NCBI GenBank assembly: GCA_903813345.2
Contig: CAIIXF020000001.1
Span: 4,154,001-4,218,000, forward strand
Origin: Owenia fusiformis
Lineage: Eukaryota
DNA: 64,000 nucleotides
Direction: 5' to 3'
Shown: piece by piece, positions 49,401-59,440 of the stretch
How the letters are laid out: every line of letters begins with the position of its first letter
How positions within the stretch are numbered: position 1 is the first letter of the stretch
Made by a program: the position numbers and the translations under genes
Notes under the pieces: generated by a model
What the model was told of the DNA's origin: nothing
Databases searched by the model: none
What the model saw: only the letters and a program-made list of their open reading frames with translations

Positions 49401-49502
49401 CCTGAATCAGCTAAAAGTGAAAGGCCTCAATCTGATAAAAGTGAAAGGTCTGGATCAGCTAAAAGTAAGAAGCCTGAATCAGCTAAAAACAGTGAAGAGT
49501 GA
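2062..49502 (+). CDS. Multi-exon MUC4/SUSD2-like transmembrane protein (NIDO end-AMOP-VWD-EGF/cbEGF array-TSP1-SEA-like-TM-repeat tail); 5' exons lie upstream of the window
   Basis: Phase-compatible GT-AG exons: 2062-2323, 2422-2575, 2773-2888, 3146-3287, 3613-3778, 4384-4592, 4986-5222, 6003-6323, 6602-6750, 7053-7265, 7556-7775, 8547-8684, 9090-9227, 9598-9781, 10099-10292, 11347-11610, 12174-12299, 40226-40320, 40769-40919, 41319-41606, 42144-42284, 42563-42811, 43291-43452, 43705-43836, 44125-44265, 45641-45820, 46082-46143, 46312-46424, 47425-47520, 47878-48055, 48356-48561, 48812-49502. Motifs: AMOP CCY...WCC...[19 protein letters not shown] and GLMGNFNG; repeated DIDEC cbEGF; TSP1 [43 protein letters not shown] followed by RKNK. 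Confidence 0.88.
5402..5669. mobile_element. MITE-like element with terminal inverted repeats
   Basis: ttatcctacact...ctaaatgtataata at the left end is mirrored by tattatacatttag...agtgtaggataa at the right end. Internal short repeats of ggatattgtgacgata. Confidence 0.6.
5677..5811. mobile_element. Small hairpin MITE
   Basis: Near-perfect fold-back: atcctatgatttt...tgatattgatat / atatcaatatca...aaaatcataggat. A related terminus occurs near 23835. Confidence 0.6.
12708..14786 (-). mobile_element. Helentron-type HINE/DINE-1-like element split by a Penelope-like insertion (pieces ~12708-13408 and ~14727-14786)
   Basis: Both pieces are the reverse complement of the intact copy at 37366-38001: tttatcccaacgaa...gggatatagtgaagccctc head, GTCC/GTCT microsatellite, gaagataactc core, terminal gctactcc-nn-ggagttgc hairpin. 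Confidence 0.75.
13410..14726 (-). mobile_element. Truncated, internally deleted Penelope-like retroelement RT (type B-like)
   Basis: Motifs [16 protein letters not shown] (across the frameshift), [21 protein letters not shown] and [11 protein letters not shown]. The stop at 13825 directly follows the thumb, with no C-terminal GIY-YIG. Confidence 0.85.
14935..18628 (-). CDS. Nested type II membrane short-chain collagen (short-chain collagen C4/spongin-like C-terminal domain), copy A
   Basis: Exons 18628-18416 (TM + coiled coil), 18064/18061-17974 (RGKR), 17027-16897 (13 Gly-X-Y), 16795-16609 ([10 protein letters not shown]) and 15440-14935 ([10 protein letters not shown]...CAVC...CP..W..EY.GY.M...FICVD...CAVCSK*). 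All junctions are GT-AG and in phase. Confidence 0.88.
15609..16585 (-). mobile_element. Non-autonomous Tc1/mariner element with ~205 bp TIRs and TA TSD in intron 4 of collagen copy A
   Basis: TA-cagagtgtctcaaaa...ttttgagacacactg-TA. Internal minus-strand remnants WQQDGA and [13 protein letters not shown] resemble the WPPxSPDLxPxD motif. The empty site tgtaattaatgtcc is present in copy B near 28309-28322. Confidence 0.9.
17071..17745 (+). mobile_element. Degenerate HINE/DINE-like element in intron 2 of collagen copy A
   Basis: gggggatatatgat head, tccatcc/gtccgtctgtcc microsatellite, aaaatggcc repeats and an end ttgctgttatctagt similar to 37988-38001. Absent from copy C. Confidence 0.6.
21715..26241. 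mobile_element. 4.5 kb non-autonomous foldback DNA transposon with very long TIRs (Academ-like by termini)
   Basis: Termini tgtatcagatgctggcacag... and ...ctgtgccagcatctgataca. Near-identical arms at ~21715-22440 and ~25524-26241, flanked by AAT on both sides. No transposase ORF. The superfamily is an inference. Confidence 0.8.
22847..23173 (-). mobile_element. tRNA-derived SINE with LINE-derived 3' tail
   Basis: Minus strand A-box TGGCCTAGTGG (23159-23149) and B-box GGTTCAAACCC (23088-23078). The 3' tail matches 32898-32952 and ends in (AT)n. The segment is absent from the opposite arm of the foldback near 25262-25280. Confidence 0.82.
27643..29724 (-). CDS. Nested type II membrane short-chain collagen, copy B
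   Basis: Exons 29724-29512, 29136/29133-29046 (RGKRR), 28770-28649 (12 Gly-X-Y), 28524-28338 and 28148-27643. The frame is open with canonical splice sites. Confidence 0.87.
30612..32950 (+). mobile_element. 5'-truncated non-LTR retrotransposon with a long open RT ORF (30830-32746); clade uncertain, RTE-X/CR1-like
   Basis: Motifs [39 protein letters not shown] and a C-terminal [13 protein letters not shown]...CNVC...EIHFMINC. The 3' end has a stem-loop, AATAAA and (AT)n. The empty site ttgtattaaaatgatg is at 19498-19513. Confidence 0.93.
33075..34057. mobile_element. Palindromic non-autonomous DNA transposon with CAC...GTG termini and 5 bp TSD (Transib-like)
   Basis: CTAAT-cacggggtacc...ggtaccccgtg-CTAAT with ~460 bp near-identical arms. 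The sister unit has a single ctaat at 19620-19624. Confidence 0.85.
35330..36464 (+). mobile_element. 3' fragment of a non-LTR retrotransposon inserted just downstream of the copy C stop codon
   Basis: The ORF to 36324 has post-RT motifs [15 protein letters not shown] and CKVC...[10 protein letters not shown], followed by an A-rich tail at 36438-36464. Copy B is uninterrupted at the equivalent position (tgattttagcatcta). Confidence 0.85.
36468..39549 (-). CDS. Nested type II membrane short-chain collagen, copy C
   Basis: Exons 39549-39337, 38959/38956-38869, 38622-38465 (16 triplets, one Gly>Cys), 38342-38111 (longer Gly/Ser linker) and 36973-36468. The frame is open. Confidence 0.88.
37079..37330 (+). 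mobile_element. Short HINE-like element, second family
   Basis: Head hairpin atgtcaccact-aaa-agtggtgacat followed by attgttatggtc. The same head and body occur inverted at ~59045-59437. Confidence 0.6.
37366..38001 (+). mobile_element. Intact Helentron-type HINE/DINE-1-like element in intron 4 of copy C
   Basis: 5' subterminal IR atcccaacgaa pairs with 3' ttcgttggtat. It has a (TCCG/TCAG/TCTG)n microsatellite, a 3' hairpin gctactcc-ga-ggagttgc and T-rich boundaries. Confidence 0.78.
40025..40215. repeat. ~20 bp minisatellite (tactagctgtactattt-like) abutting the acceptor of the 28 kb intron
   Basis: Repeated ctagctgtactatttta / ctagctgcactatgtta units. Confidence 0.8.
41943..42072. mobile_element. 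Short MITE with Harbinger-like ends
   Basis: Terminal inverted repeat aggagtttaagct...agcttaaactccct. Confidence 0.5.
44494..45575 (-). mobile_element. 3' fragment of an L1/Tx1-clade LINE
   Basis: ORF 44544-45533 with [20 protein letters not shown] and CNFC...[10 protein letters not shown] (zf-RVT). The T-tract at 44494 is the poly-A tail on the minus strand. Confidence 0.88.
47230..47395. repeat. Intronic tandem duplication, ~80 bp x2
   Basis: aatctaccacataaattatgtattttgaagataattgaagatgagatt occurs at ~47230 and ~47310. Confidence 0.85.
49272..49490 (+). repeat. Coding 24 bp tandem repeat encoding (RPxSAKSE)n
   Basis: aggcctgaatctgctaaaagtgaa units in the last exon of the host gene. Confidence 0.9.
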
Positions 49503-51592
49503 TTACAAATGATTTATTCTAAACTGGAAGCTAAGAGTGTTGTATAGAAGACAATCTCTGTTGAAACACCTTTCCTTGAGAGAGTTCAAAAAGACTATAG
49601 CACTTTCCAGGACTGAATGTTATTACATATGTTGCACATTATATAATACATGTATATTCGTACTTAAAAATAGAAGTGTTTCAACTTATTTTTATTTAAT
49701 TAATTTTAAATCATATATGTACTGGTACATGTATTGAAACTTTTGAATTGTAACTGCAAAAAAGCGAACAAACATTGTTTATAAAATCATTAGGGGTGGC
49801 GGGCAGATTCGTTCTCAGACTGAGATAAACCATTGGAAAGATGGGACTTTCTGATGCAAAATACGCTCTAAATTGATATGATATGTGATAGAGAGTTATC
49901 TTTCCAATATTATATTTCAGTTTCAATTTGTATTCATCTTCACTGAACATAAACTTAACTACAAGTACCATTTGTAAAAATATATCAAAAATTATTAAAT
50001 TATTAAAATTATTAAAACATAGTGAGGAAATTGTTTCCTTATAATATCCAGAGTTCAAATCCAGTTGGAATGGAGAATCATATTCAGTAGATTTTTTCTA
50101 ACATATACGTATAGGCTATATATTTTTTTGAAATGTTTCACTAATAAGAATTTACCATCAGTTTCAATCACAATTTCTCAGTCTTTAACTGATATAATTC
50201 TTAACATCCATAGATTTGTAATAAATTCGATAATTATTGTAATCCTCTCAAAAGTGTGAAAACCTTGGACAGCTTGTTATTAATTCAATAATTTTTTCCA
50301 TTGGAAACTTATGACAAAAATGAACAATTTATAATACATGTGATAGCCAAACATGAACAGATTCCAGCATATAGTCAAATAGGATTGGATTTGCCATACT
50401 TTTGCAGGGGGGGGTGTAGATGTAGTCAATGGAGTTGTTTATTTGTTATGAGAAGCAGAGAGAGAGAGAGGATCGAGGCTTAAGACAACACTACATTTAT
50501 TATGGAAATATAAAGCATCACCTATTACTTACATCTTATAATAGCAGTTTTGTTCTGTTTTATCCAACTTTCACGCCATTATTAAACAATGTATTAACAT
50601 CACAAAAATTTCACCACTTGGTTGGGTTGCCATTACATAAAAATGCTACATTTGCAAGGTAAATGGGTGAATCATTTTTTCAACTTTTTCTCAGATCTTG
50701 GTGCTAATCAAAGGAAATAAACACGCCCTTAACTTATAAAAAAATTTCAGCTCAATCGGCCAATGTTTAGACCCCCTCCCCCTACCGCATTTCTGATGCC
50801 CATTCGCTACCATGTTAAAAATCTTCTGAAAGTGTCAATTTCATCAAGGACTTAAAGGTTCGGGACCATACACATTCTAATCATTGGAGTTATGGTCACC
50901 TAAATATGGTAAAAATCCATTCACGTGGGGCAATTAAAAATCTCTTCCATTTTCAACTATTTAAATGAAAATCACCGTAGTCCCTGTGGAAGAAAATGGG
51001 TGTCAAACATGATGAAATTGACACTTTCAGCGACTTTCAGGAAGATTTTTAGCATGGTAGCGAATGGGACACCCCCCCCATCCCCAAAAAAAATTGAAAA
51101 AAATATTTTTTAACTCCTACACTTTTTTCTAGCTCCAGAATAAGCATCTGTAAACGTTCCTCCCATCCCCTTAAAAATAAAACAAACAAGACTTTTATAA
51201 TTCAATTGTTACCCCATGTACACAAAAAGAGAAATTTGAACAATATTAATTCATACACTTTAAAGTGGCTAGAAATCACCAAATAATAGATTCTATTGAC
51301 TCCTACACTCGGGGGCAAAACTCTCTCTATACTCTCTTTTACCCTGGATAATAAAACAATGTACCCTTTGCAATCGTTTGACTTCATTTCTTAAAAGAGA
51401 GCTTCATCTTCGTCTTGTAGTTTAACTAGACTCTGCACGCAGGGTAAAAACAATGAGGTAGATAGTAGTTGTTCAATGTCCCAACTACACGTACAGTGCT
51501 GACATGTATCGTTATTCTTGTGTAAAATGACGACAGTGCACGAGAACCACGGTCCTGCTTTCCATTGAATATAGTCTTAAACAAAATACCTC

Positions 51593-51848
51593 GGGAAAAT
51601 TCAAATGATGTTCAGATTCTTAACACTTTCAGCTTTCCAACGGTATATTGGAATCTTAGTCCAGAGGTGGTCATTTATATCACCCTGGTTTGCTCTACGT
51701 TGTATTTGTGGAGTGTCTTATAAAAAGGAAAATTCACACTACAGCCATTTACACCACGACACGACACAACGTGTTGACTCATTGTAATAAAATGTTGACT
51801 CATTAAATTGAATGACTTTGAATAGAAGTCGCCAAACAAGTATAAAAA
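51593..51848 (+). promoter_or_regulatory. Putative promoter of the Reeler gene
   Basis: TATAAAA at 51841; two AP-1 heptamers TGACTCA at 51775-51781 and 51796-51802; kB-like GGGAAAATTC at 51593-51602. The ATG is at 51952. Confidence 0.5.
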
Positions 51849-51951
51849 TCGTGAAATAATAAATTAAAGCGCTGTTGCCGAAACGGTGGATAATAAGAAT
51901 AATAGGCTACAACTCTCCAAATATCGAAAACTCGTATTTAGTGAACAAATC

Positions 51952-54900
51952 ATGGAACTATACCGGCAGGTCTTGGCCTTTCTTACTGTTGTCGGATTTG
52001 TGGGTGCTTACCCAGGAGGCCCACCCGTAGGAGCATGTCAGCATATGTTTCCCGTGGAACACAACCGTACAGCGCAGAATACAACCGCACCATTTGAGGT
52101 TGCTATCTCAGGGACCAAATATGCAGGTGGCACCGAAATAACTGGTGAGATGAACGACTTAACTTTTTCATTTTTTCGTTTTCAAATGAATTTGTTTTCT
52201 CATAAAATCTCAAAAAAACATTATGAATTTTTAAATATTTTAAATTAGATTTCATTTGGTGACTTCAAATCCACACTTAGAATTGAATACCAATCAAAGG
52301 TTACAGGGTAGCCCAAAGCATCTGCCTTCATTCTCTGTCCTATGAATACTTCTAAACAACCTGGTATCGCATTCAAGGGTTTGTCGCTTGATTGATTGTA
52401 TATCCCAAAATTTATTTAGTCCTTCGTTTCCGTATTCACCTTGTCATGGACAATCTAAAAATGGGCTTACTTTTCTAAAAGACCACTTTTCAATATCATG
52501 TCTCAACTAATGACTAAAGGCTCTGGTCTGTTTGACTATCAGATTTTGTCAGACATCTTAAAAAAAATGCGTAAACCTATTTACCAATATAGTTCTTTCC
52601 GCCTTTGAAGAGAGTCTATCCATTACTTGAATTATTTTCCGAACAGACAGATGGACTGACTGAGCGAGGGCTTCAATTTATTCTACTGAACTATGTTCGT
52701 TGGTATAACTGCGAACTGATTTCTGAAGAATCATCTAGCCTAAAATCAAAAGTCAAAACTGTTGAACTTTTTATCGCACTTTGAAAAAGTGCTATATTGC
52801 AGTGTCTTGTGTGATGGGCGGACGCGCGGAGAGGCGCCACATAGGAATCAAATCTTGTCATCAAAATTGCACTTACCACTTAGCCTACCTGTTCAACTTG
52901 AAATGTGTACAGATGCGAGAGCAGACTAGTGCCTAGATCTTATTAGATTTAGGAAATGCTGGGTAAATTAGCCTACTTGGCGGCCATTTAAAAAATTTCC
53001 ACAAATCTTGTCATTAAAATTCCAGGAAAACCAAGAATCTGTTCAACTTGAAATTTTTACAGATGAGAGAGAAGACTAGTGCTAAGATCTGATTAGGTTT
53101 GACAGTATGCTGAGTAAGCTACATGGCGGCCATTTTGAATTTTTTGATAAATCTACCATTTTGAATTTTTCAAATTGAACACATTTTAAAAAATCATCTT
53201 AAAGTTCTCAGGAGTTTAAATCTGACCTTAAATTTGTGGCGTGGGGTCTATATGGTGCTCAAAAATGGTTCGGGTAAAAAGGCGTGGGTTGTACGTTAAA
53301 ATGCATTTTAGTAGCATAGGTTTCATTTATTCTCAAGTGAGGAAATTGAAGTGAAGAGACGCGAAAGAGATGTGAAAACAAAACATTTTTTGTGATATCG
53401 GCACTGTATTTTGCAGGCAGGCGGGCAGGCTACACAGGTGGACTCTTGTCATAGGTATTATTTTCGTAGGGATGGAAGGATTCAAAATGTCATCTTTCAT
53501 TCCGTATATACACAGAGAAAACAGAAATTGATTAACGGAGTGGGATGCGTTTCAATGATCCAATGATACTTTCAGCAATTTCAGAACGTTAGTCCAGTGT
53601 AATTAATGTGTGGAATAATTAATTCAATAGGCATTTTGCGGCTCAATGCTAGAATAATGTTTGCCCATCCGACCTGCAGGTAGGGCCTGCTACTACTCTC
53701 ACTAAATCAATAAATGAACCATAAAAACTAAAAAAAAAAAAAAAACTCTCACTAGATGTCGCCTAGACCTAGAAAAACCTCAGAAATTATGGTAACGTGT
53801 CTCTAAACATGCAGCTATGGTAGTGTGTCTCAAAACCCTTTTATGGCAGGCGTCTGTGATTGCACTGTAAAAAGTTCGTAGAGTGAAAATATATCACCAA
53901 GGATGTTTCAATACCAATCATTCAGATTTCATGGTTTCAAATATAATTTGGAAATATTGTCCAGGTCGAAGCGGTTTTAAATCATTCTGATTTAAAATTC
54001 TCCTTTTTCATACTAGGTCTACATAATTGTACCCATGATTCTCAATTCTCGGAATGCAGTTACGTGAAATAGCGTGTTCTGATTGGCTGGACACACCTGG
54101 TCTAACTATGCGTGAATTGGCCAAATAATGGTACCCTATAAACCTCCAAAGGTGCACTTTACTGCTTAATACAACTCCCCACGCCTTTTTTACCCAACCC
54201 ATTTTTGAGCATCCTGTATACCCCACGCCCAACACCAAACGCATTTCACCCAAACCCTAATGGCGGCTCTAATCTTCTAATTCCACTACTTTATAATCAC
54301 CCTGTATTTTGCGTTTAGGTACGTAATGTGCTGTTAGTCGATGGTGATACTGAGAACTCTCATTAAACAGGGGTGTGTGTATCCAAAAGGTGTAATACAA
54401 ATAGTCAACCTGAACTCAATAAACAAAAGCTTGAACAAAACACAATATTTTTACGTTCAGTACACCACTCTATGTTAGGTGACTTCATAGTACGTTTAGC
54501 TTAACTCGAAATTCTGGTTTGACTACTTTATTTACATGAACTTTTGCATACAATTAAAATGCCTTGGTGTTATGGTGTTATTTATTGTTTAATTGTTTCC
54601 AAATGTCTATTTGTTTCGAATCATTTACAAACTACACAAGGATTCCGAAATGGCTACTGACAGCTCCAAACTCTTGAAATCAGGAAATATGTTTTTTTAA
54701 AATCATGTTACCCATTTCGTTGAATTCAATTCAACGATCCTTAGGCACTATTTCGCCTAGTCATTTTGTTTATTTAGTCGTGTCAAGGCAACACTCTTTT
54801 CAAGGTATCTATACTAACAGTCCATAATAAAAATGTAATTAATGTTTGATTCGTGACGAACGTGACTTGGTTTTTTTCAGTGACTGTGCGCAACACGAGC

Positions 54901-56094
54901 GACACGTACTTCGAAGGCTTGTTTGTCCAAGCGAGAAGGGTTAGCGACAACGTGAATGAAACTATCGGATCCTTCGAAGTTCCCACCGGTCAAAATTTGA
55001 AAACCATGGATTGTCTTTCCAAAGAAAAGGTAGAAGTGGTGTTATTCATGTATCAGAATGCAGAAGATGAAAATATTCATGCTGGGCCTACCTCCTTTCT
55101 ATGATAAATTCAACCTTGCCTCAAGCAATCGTACATTTGCTAATATAAGCCTATACTTCCCTTTTGAATATGACACCATTATGTCAAAATAAACAATAAA
55201 AAAACAAGTACAGATTCTCGGGGTACCTCGACCCGTCAATGCATACATATACCTTCATTAATTTCAAAATTATAGCCTAAAATGAATATCATAAAAATCA
55301 TTTTCATATTGGTCTAAACTAAAAATTGATAAATTGTTGATTATTATAATGTACTATAATATGTTTTATTAGCAATATTTAATCGAAAACAAATAGGTCA
55401 TTGAGAGAACAACTCACTTATTTCAATTATCTGTTTTAATGCTAATGGAGAATTTGCTTTCAGTCGGCTGTTTCCCAAAGTAAGAAAGCCCATTACACTG
55501 AGAAGCAGTTCACATGGATTGCCCCTGCGGACTTTAACGACGATGTCAGGTTTAGGTAAATTAATAAAACTATTCTTGTGTGAATCGCAATATGTTTTAG
55601 GTCGATATAAAGATGGCAGCAGTGGTAGAATTTTATTATATCTTCTCTTAGGAAGAGTTGTCTCCAAGATATGTAAAGCAGATTGATCGCAATGCTATCT
55701 TTATTTAAAAATACCATTTACGATCGCTCTTTAGCCTAGTTTGATATTTGCTAATACCGTATATAAAGGATGTAGAAGGGAGTTGACATATATTTTTTGT
55801 TCTCATTAAACATGGTCAAATGTTTAAGATGCAAAAGTCTAATACATTTGCTAAGAAGTTGTCTTCAAAAGTAAATAGTACTAAGTATTTACGATCTATA
55901 TGTAAACGTAACGAGTTTAACTTTTCCTTTCAAGGGCAACTATTGTTCACGAGACTCATGATTTTTGGGTGGATGTATTTTCAAACACCATGAGATATGA
56001 TGCATCTCTAGAAGTAAAAAACACCAATGGTGCCGCTACGCTCGCAACCAGTGTCCTTACCATAGTCGCCTCTGCATTATTTATTTTACATTAG
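51952..56094 (+). CDS. Single Reeler-domain protein (defense protein/FRRS1 N-terminus-like) with signal peptide and probable GPI anchor
   Basis: Exons 51952-52144, 54881-55029, 55464-55555 and 55935-56094 are in phase. Motifs YPGGPPVGACQHMFPVEH, FEGLFVQAR, IGSF, FTWIAP, FRATIV...FW. The C-terminus NTNGAATLATSVLTIVASALFILH* is hydrophobic. Confidence 0.88.
53238..54230. mobile_element. Degenerate TIR element in Reeler intron 1
   Basis: ggcgtggggt...gctcaaaaatgg...gggtaaaaaggcgtggg at 53238-53290 is inverted at ~54175-54230. Confidence 0.5.
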
Positions 56095-57207
56095 GTAAAA
56101 TATCGCACAAAGGACATTCAAACAATATTCTTTTAGAACTTCTCCATTCGAGTCCTACAATAGGATGTTTACTAACCTCAGTCCAAGGGCCTTGACAAGG
56201 AGCAGGTGTTTGCCAGTTTGCTAGTTGTATTTGTCTTTATAAATTACACACATACATGGATAGATTACACTCAAGTTTTATAGAAAAAGTGTAGGACCAA
56301 AATGTTCTTTTCCTGATAATTATCAATCTTTGAATCTATGTAACATTGTTTTAAGGATTTATTTGGAAATAGAATACAACCTACAAAAAATATTTTGGTT
56401 ATACATGTATTTGTGATCTGCACTATATATTCTAGTTTATATCGGCAAAGGTGCATGTACTTTTGAATTTCAGTATGCGCCCAAGACCCTTACAGTCGTG
56501 ACAAATGCTATTACAAGCCCATTCCTGGGTTACATTGTAATCTTTCCCAATTCTCCTTTTTTGTGGTTCGCTCTTTAATCGAGAAGGTACGAAAATATGT
56601 ACTTAAAAAGCCCCCCCCCCCACCAAAAAAGGACAAACATTGATTAGTCGATATTTTACCACGATGCATTATATATTAATTTCCTCTCATCAATAAAGTT
56701 ACAATAATTACATATTGAAAAAACTATAAACAAAAATAGTTCAAATTGAATTGACCCGCCAATAGTTAACTATGGCCTTGAAGCTTTTTAACCTATTTTG
56801 AAATTCTTGGTCTAAGATCCATCATTTATGGACACTTAGAAATGAGAAAGCCCTGGATATAACATGCACCTAATCTTGAACATCGTCTCTTGAGGGTCTT
56901 TCACACAACTTTAATCCAAACGTTCCCAAGCAACAGTCTTCAAGATATGTTGACCGTTAGCATGATTTTTAACATTTTCAGTTAGGTCGTACTTTTAAGG
57001 CGTGTACCAAAATGTCATTCGTTTACGGGCAACTTTAAATTCAACAATTGTCATTCTAAACAGCATCACTTGTTATTGACCATTGGACAGTTTAAGAGCA
57101 TCTGATTAAAACATCAATTTAGAAATGTCAGCTCTGTATTCTATATTCCACCATCCGAGTGGTTCGTCACGCAACGATGCACTCTGCAAAAGCAGGGAGC
57201 GTTTGAA

Positions 57208-57593
57208 GGCTTTGTATAAAAAACCTCCTACCTCATACCCACGTACGTGGGACATGATACAGTCTTTGAAGGGTTCAAAGATTTTAGTTTATTAAATCTT
57301 AGTTTATGATGAAATATAGATGCATTTGTAACGACCCTCGATAGCAAGTTGGTACTACATCCCCGGTAGCTGGTTTTGATTCCCACTCGGGGCATCGAAT
57401 TTAGCACCCTTTCTTTCAATCATCCATATGCCTTTATTTATGGATCTGTCTAGTCATAAATAAAGCCGGAATTGTAGAAATGTTAATAATTTGAGCTATT
57501 TTGAGATTTAATTATCTTTAGAATTGAACCATTCAATGACTGTATCATGTTCCACGTAGGTGGGTATGAGGTAGGAGGTTTTTATACAAAGCC
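57208..57593. mobile_element. MITE with ~70 bp TIRs and 9 bp TSD (Mutator/MULE-like)
   Basis: GCGTTTGAA-ggctttgtataaaaa...tttttatacaaagcc-GCGTTTGAA, with the TSD at 57199-57207 and 57594-57602. Confidence 0.85.
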
Positions 57594-58269
57594 GCGTTTG
57601 AATCATCCTCCCTACCTTGCACTGTGCAGTTTCCTGTGATATGTGTGGATTTTCAATAAATTAGAGCCATATCAATATTTTCAATGTTATAAGGAATTCG
57701 AAGTGATATGTGAACAAGTCAAAAGTACTTTTTAAATGACTTGACTTCTTTGTTCGAAAAATTGGGAAATATTAAGTATGGAGAAATATTTGGATAAATA
57801 AAATTGTTTCAACTTCCCATGGTGCCTGTAGTGTAAGTTTGACTTATATTATAACACCTGATGTACTTTAAATGAAAGGTTGAGACAAACATGAAACATA
57901 TCTTAACCACTTCTCACGATTTGCAAATATTTGGAAACGTGACTGATGTTTTTCAACAAATTGTTAACTATTGATCAGCTTGTTGGATTTAAATCGTATT
58001 TAAAGGAAGGTCATCACTTTAATTTGTTCTATAAGAAAACGTAGGGCTTATTGTGAAATAATATACTACTGTTCATACATGTCGATAGAAATTAGAAACT
58101 TACAAGTGGGAGGTGAGGTAAAAAATATCACATTAATGACAATTTCTTTTGTGCTCTCACGGTGAGGCCATGAAGTCATTGAAGGTCAAATCTTTTTTGA
58201 CCTAGAGAATGTCATTGAAGGAGTTAGATTGGAACTGTTGAAAACCTGTATTGTGTAGATGATTTTGAA

Positions 58270-59440
58270 AAAACAAGCCACAGGGTGAACAGAATCGCAC
58301 CCTTGAACAGAATACACTTTTTGGATGGAAAATTCAAAATGGTCACCTTAACATTTACCCAGACTGCCTAAAAACTAATCAGTTCTAAACTTTCCATAGA
58401 AACATCTCTAAAATTTTAGGATGAATCCATGAAACCTGTATTAACAACCCTCAAGAGACACGTTTTAAGGTATTACTTCACAGTGTATCAGCTTTTTTTC
58501 TACTATTCAGATTTTCTGAAAAAAATCCTGGTAAAAGATATACTGATGTATTACAAAATATTTGAAAATTGGAAAGATTGACCGTTTAGTTATTTCTAAA
58601 AAAATGTTTTAATTTAACATTGCTCTCAATGGGAAATTCTTTTTTATTTTTTTAAACAAGCCTTCACAGACACAATTTTAGGACGAAAAAGCCAAAATGG
58701 CCGCCTTAACATTTATCAAGAATGCCGAAAACTAATCAGTTCTAAACTTTTATAGGTAGAAACATCCCTGAGAATTTCAAATGAATCCCTCAAACGGTTT
58801 GGCTGGAAACCTGTAGACAAGCCTTGACAGACAAGATTTTAGGACGGAAAATCCAAAATGGCCGCCTTAACATTTACCCAGAATGCCGAAAAACTGATCA
58901 GTTCTAAACTTTCATAGGTAGAAACATCCCTGAGAATTTCAAATGAATCCCTCAAACGGTTTGGCTGGAAACCTGTTGACAAGATTATTCGGGACGCCTG
59001 CCCGCCAGCAAACTGATTACAATATAGCACCTTAGGGTGCGATAAAAATTGGTCAATTTGAAGCAAGTTGAAAAAAGACCTTTTTGACCTTTCATGACCT
59101 TGAGGTCAAATCTCAAGTCAGCTTTGAACTTTTGATAACTTATAGATGATTTTGAAAGAAGTAAAGTCAGTCTAAACAGTATTTGTTAAGTTATTGGAAG
59201 TTGTCTATGTCAATAATCTGCAAAAGGCTAATAAGCCCATATATAGCAGATATATAATTTAACAGTGATAGAATTTGAATAGAATATGAAAAAAACCTTA
59301 ACATTTAAAAATAGATCTATGGTTTATAACTCATTTTGTTGTACAACTAAAGTTGTAATTATTATATATGCCGGCAACCAACCGCCGTCAAAAAAGAAGA
59401 CCATCACAATATGTCACCACTTTTTGGTGGTGACATAAAA
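58270..59440 (-). mobile_element. Nested HINE-like elements with ~160 bp internal tandem repeats
   Basis: The unit ggacg.aaa..ccaaaatggccgccttaacattta...gacaag repeats at ~58680 and ~58840, with a partial copy at ~58320. The head hairpin at 59410-59437 matches 37083. Confidence 0.55.
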
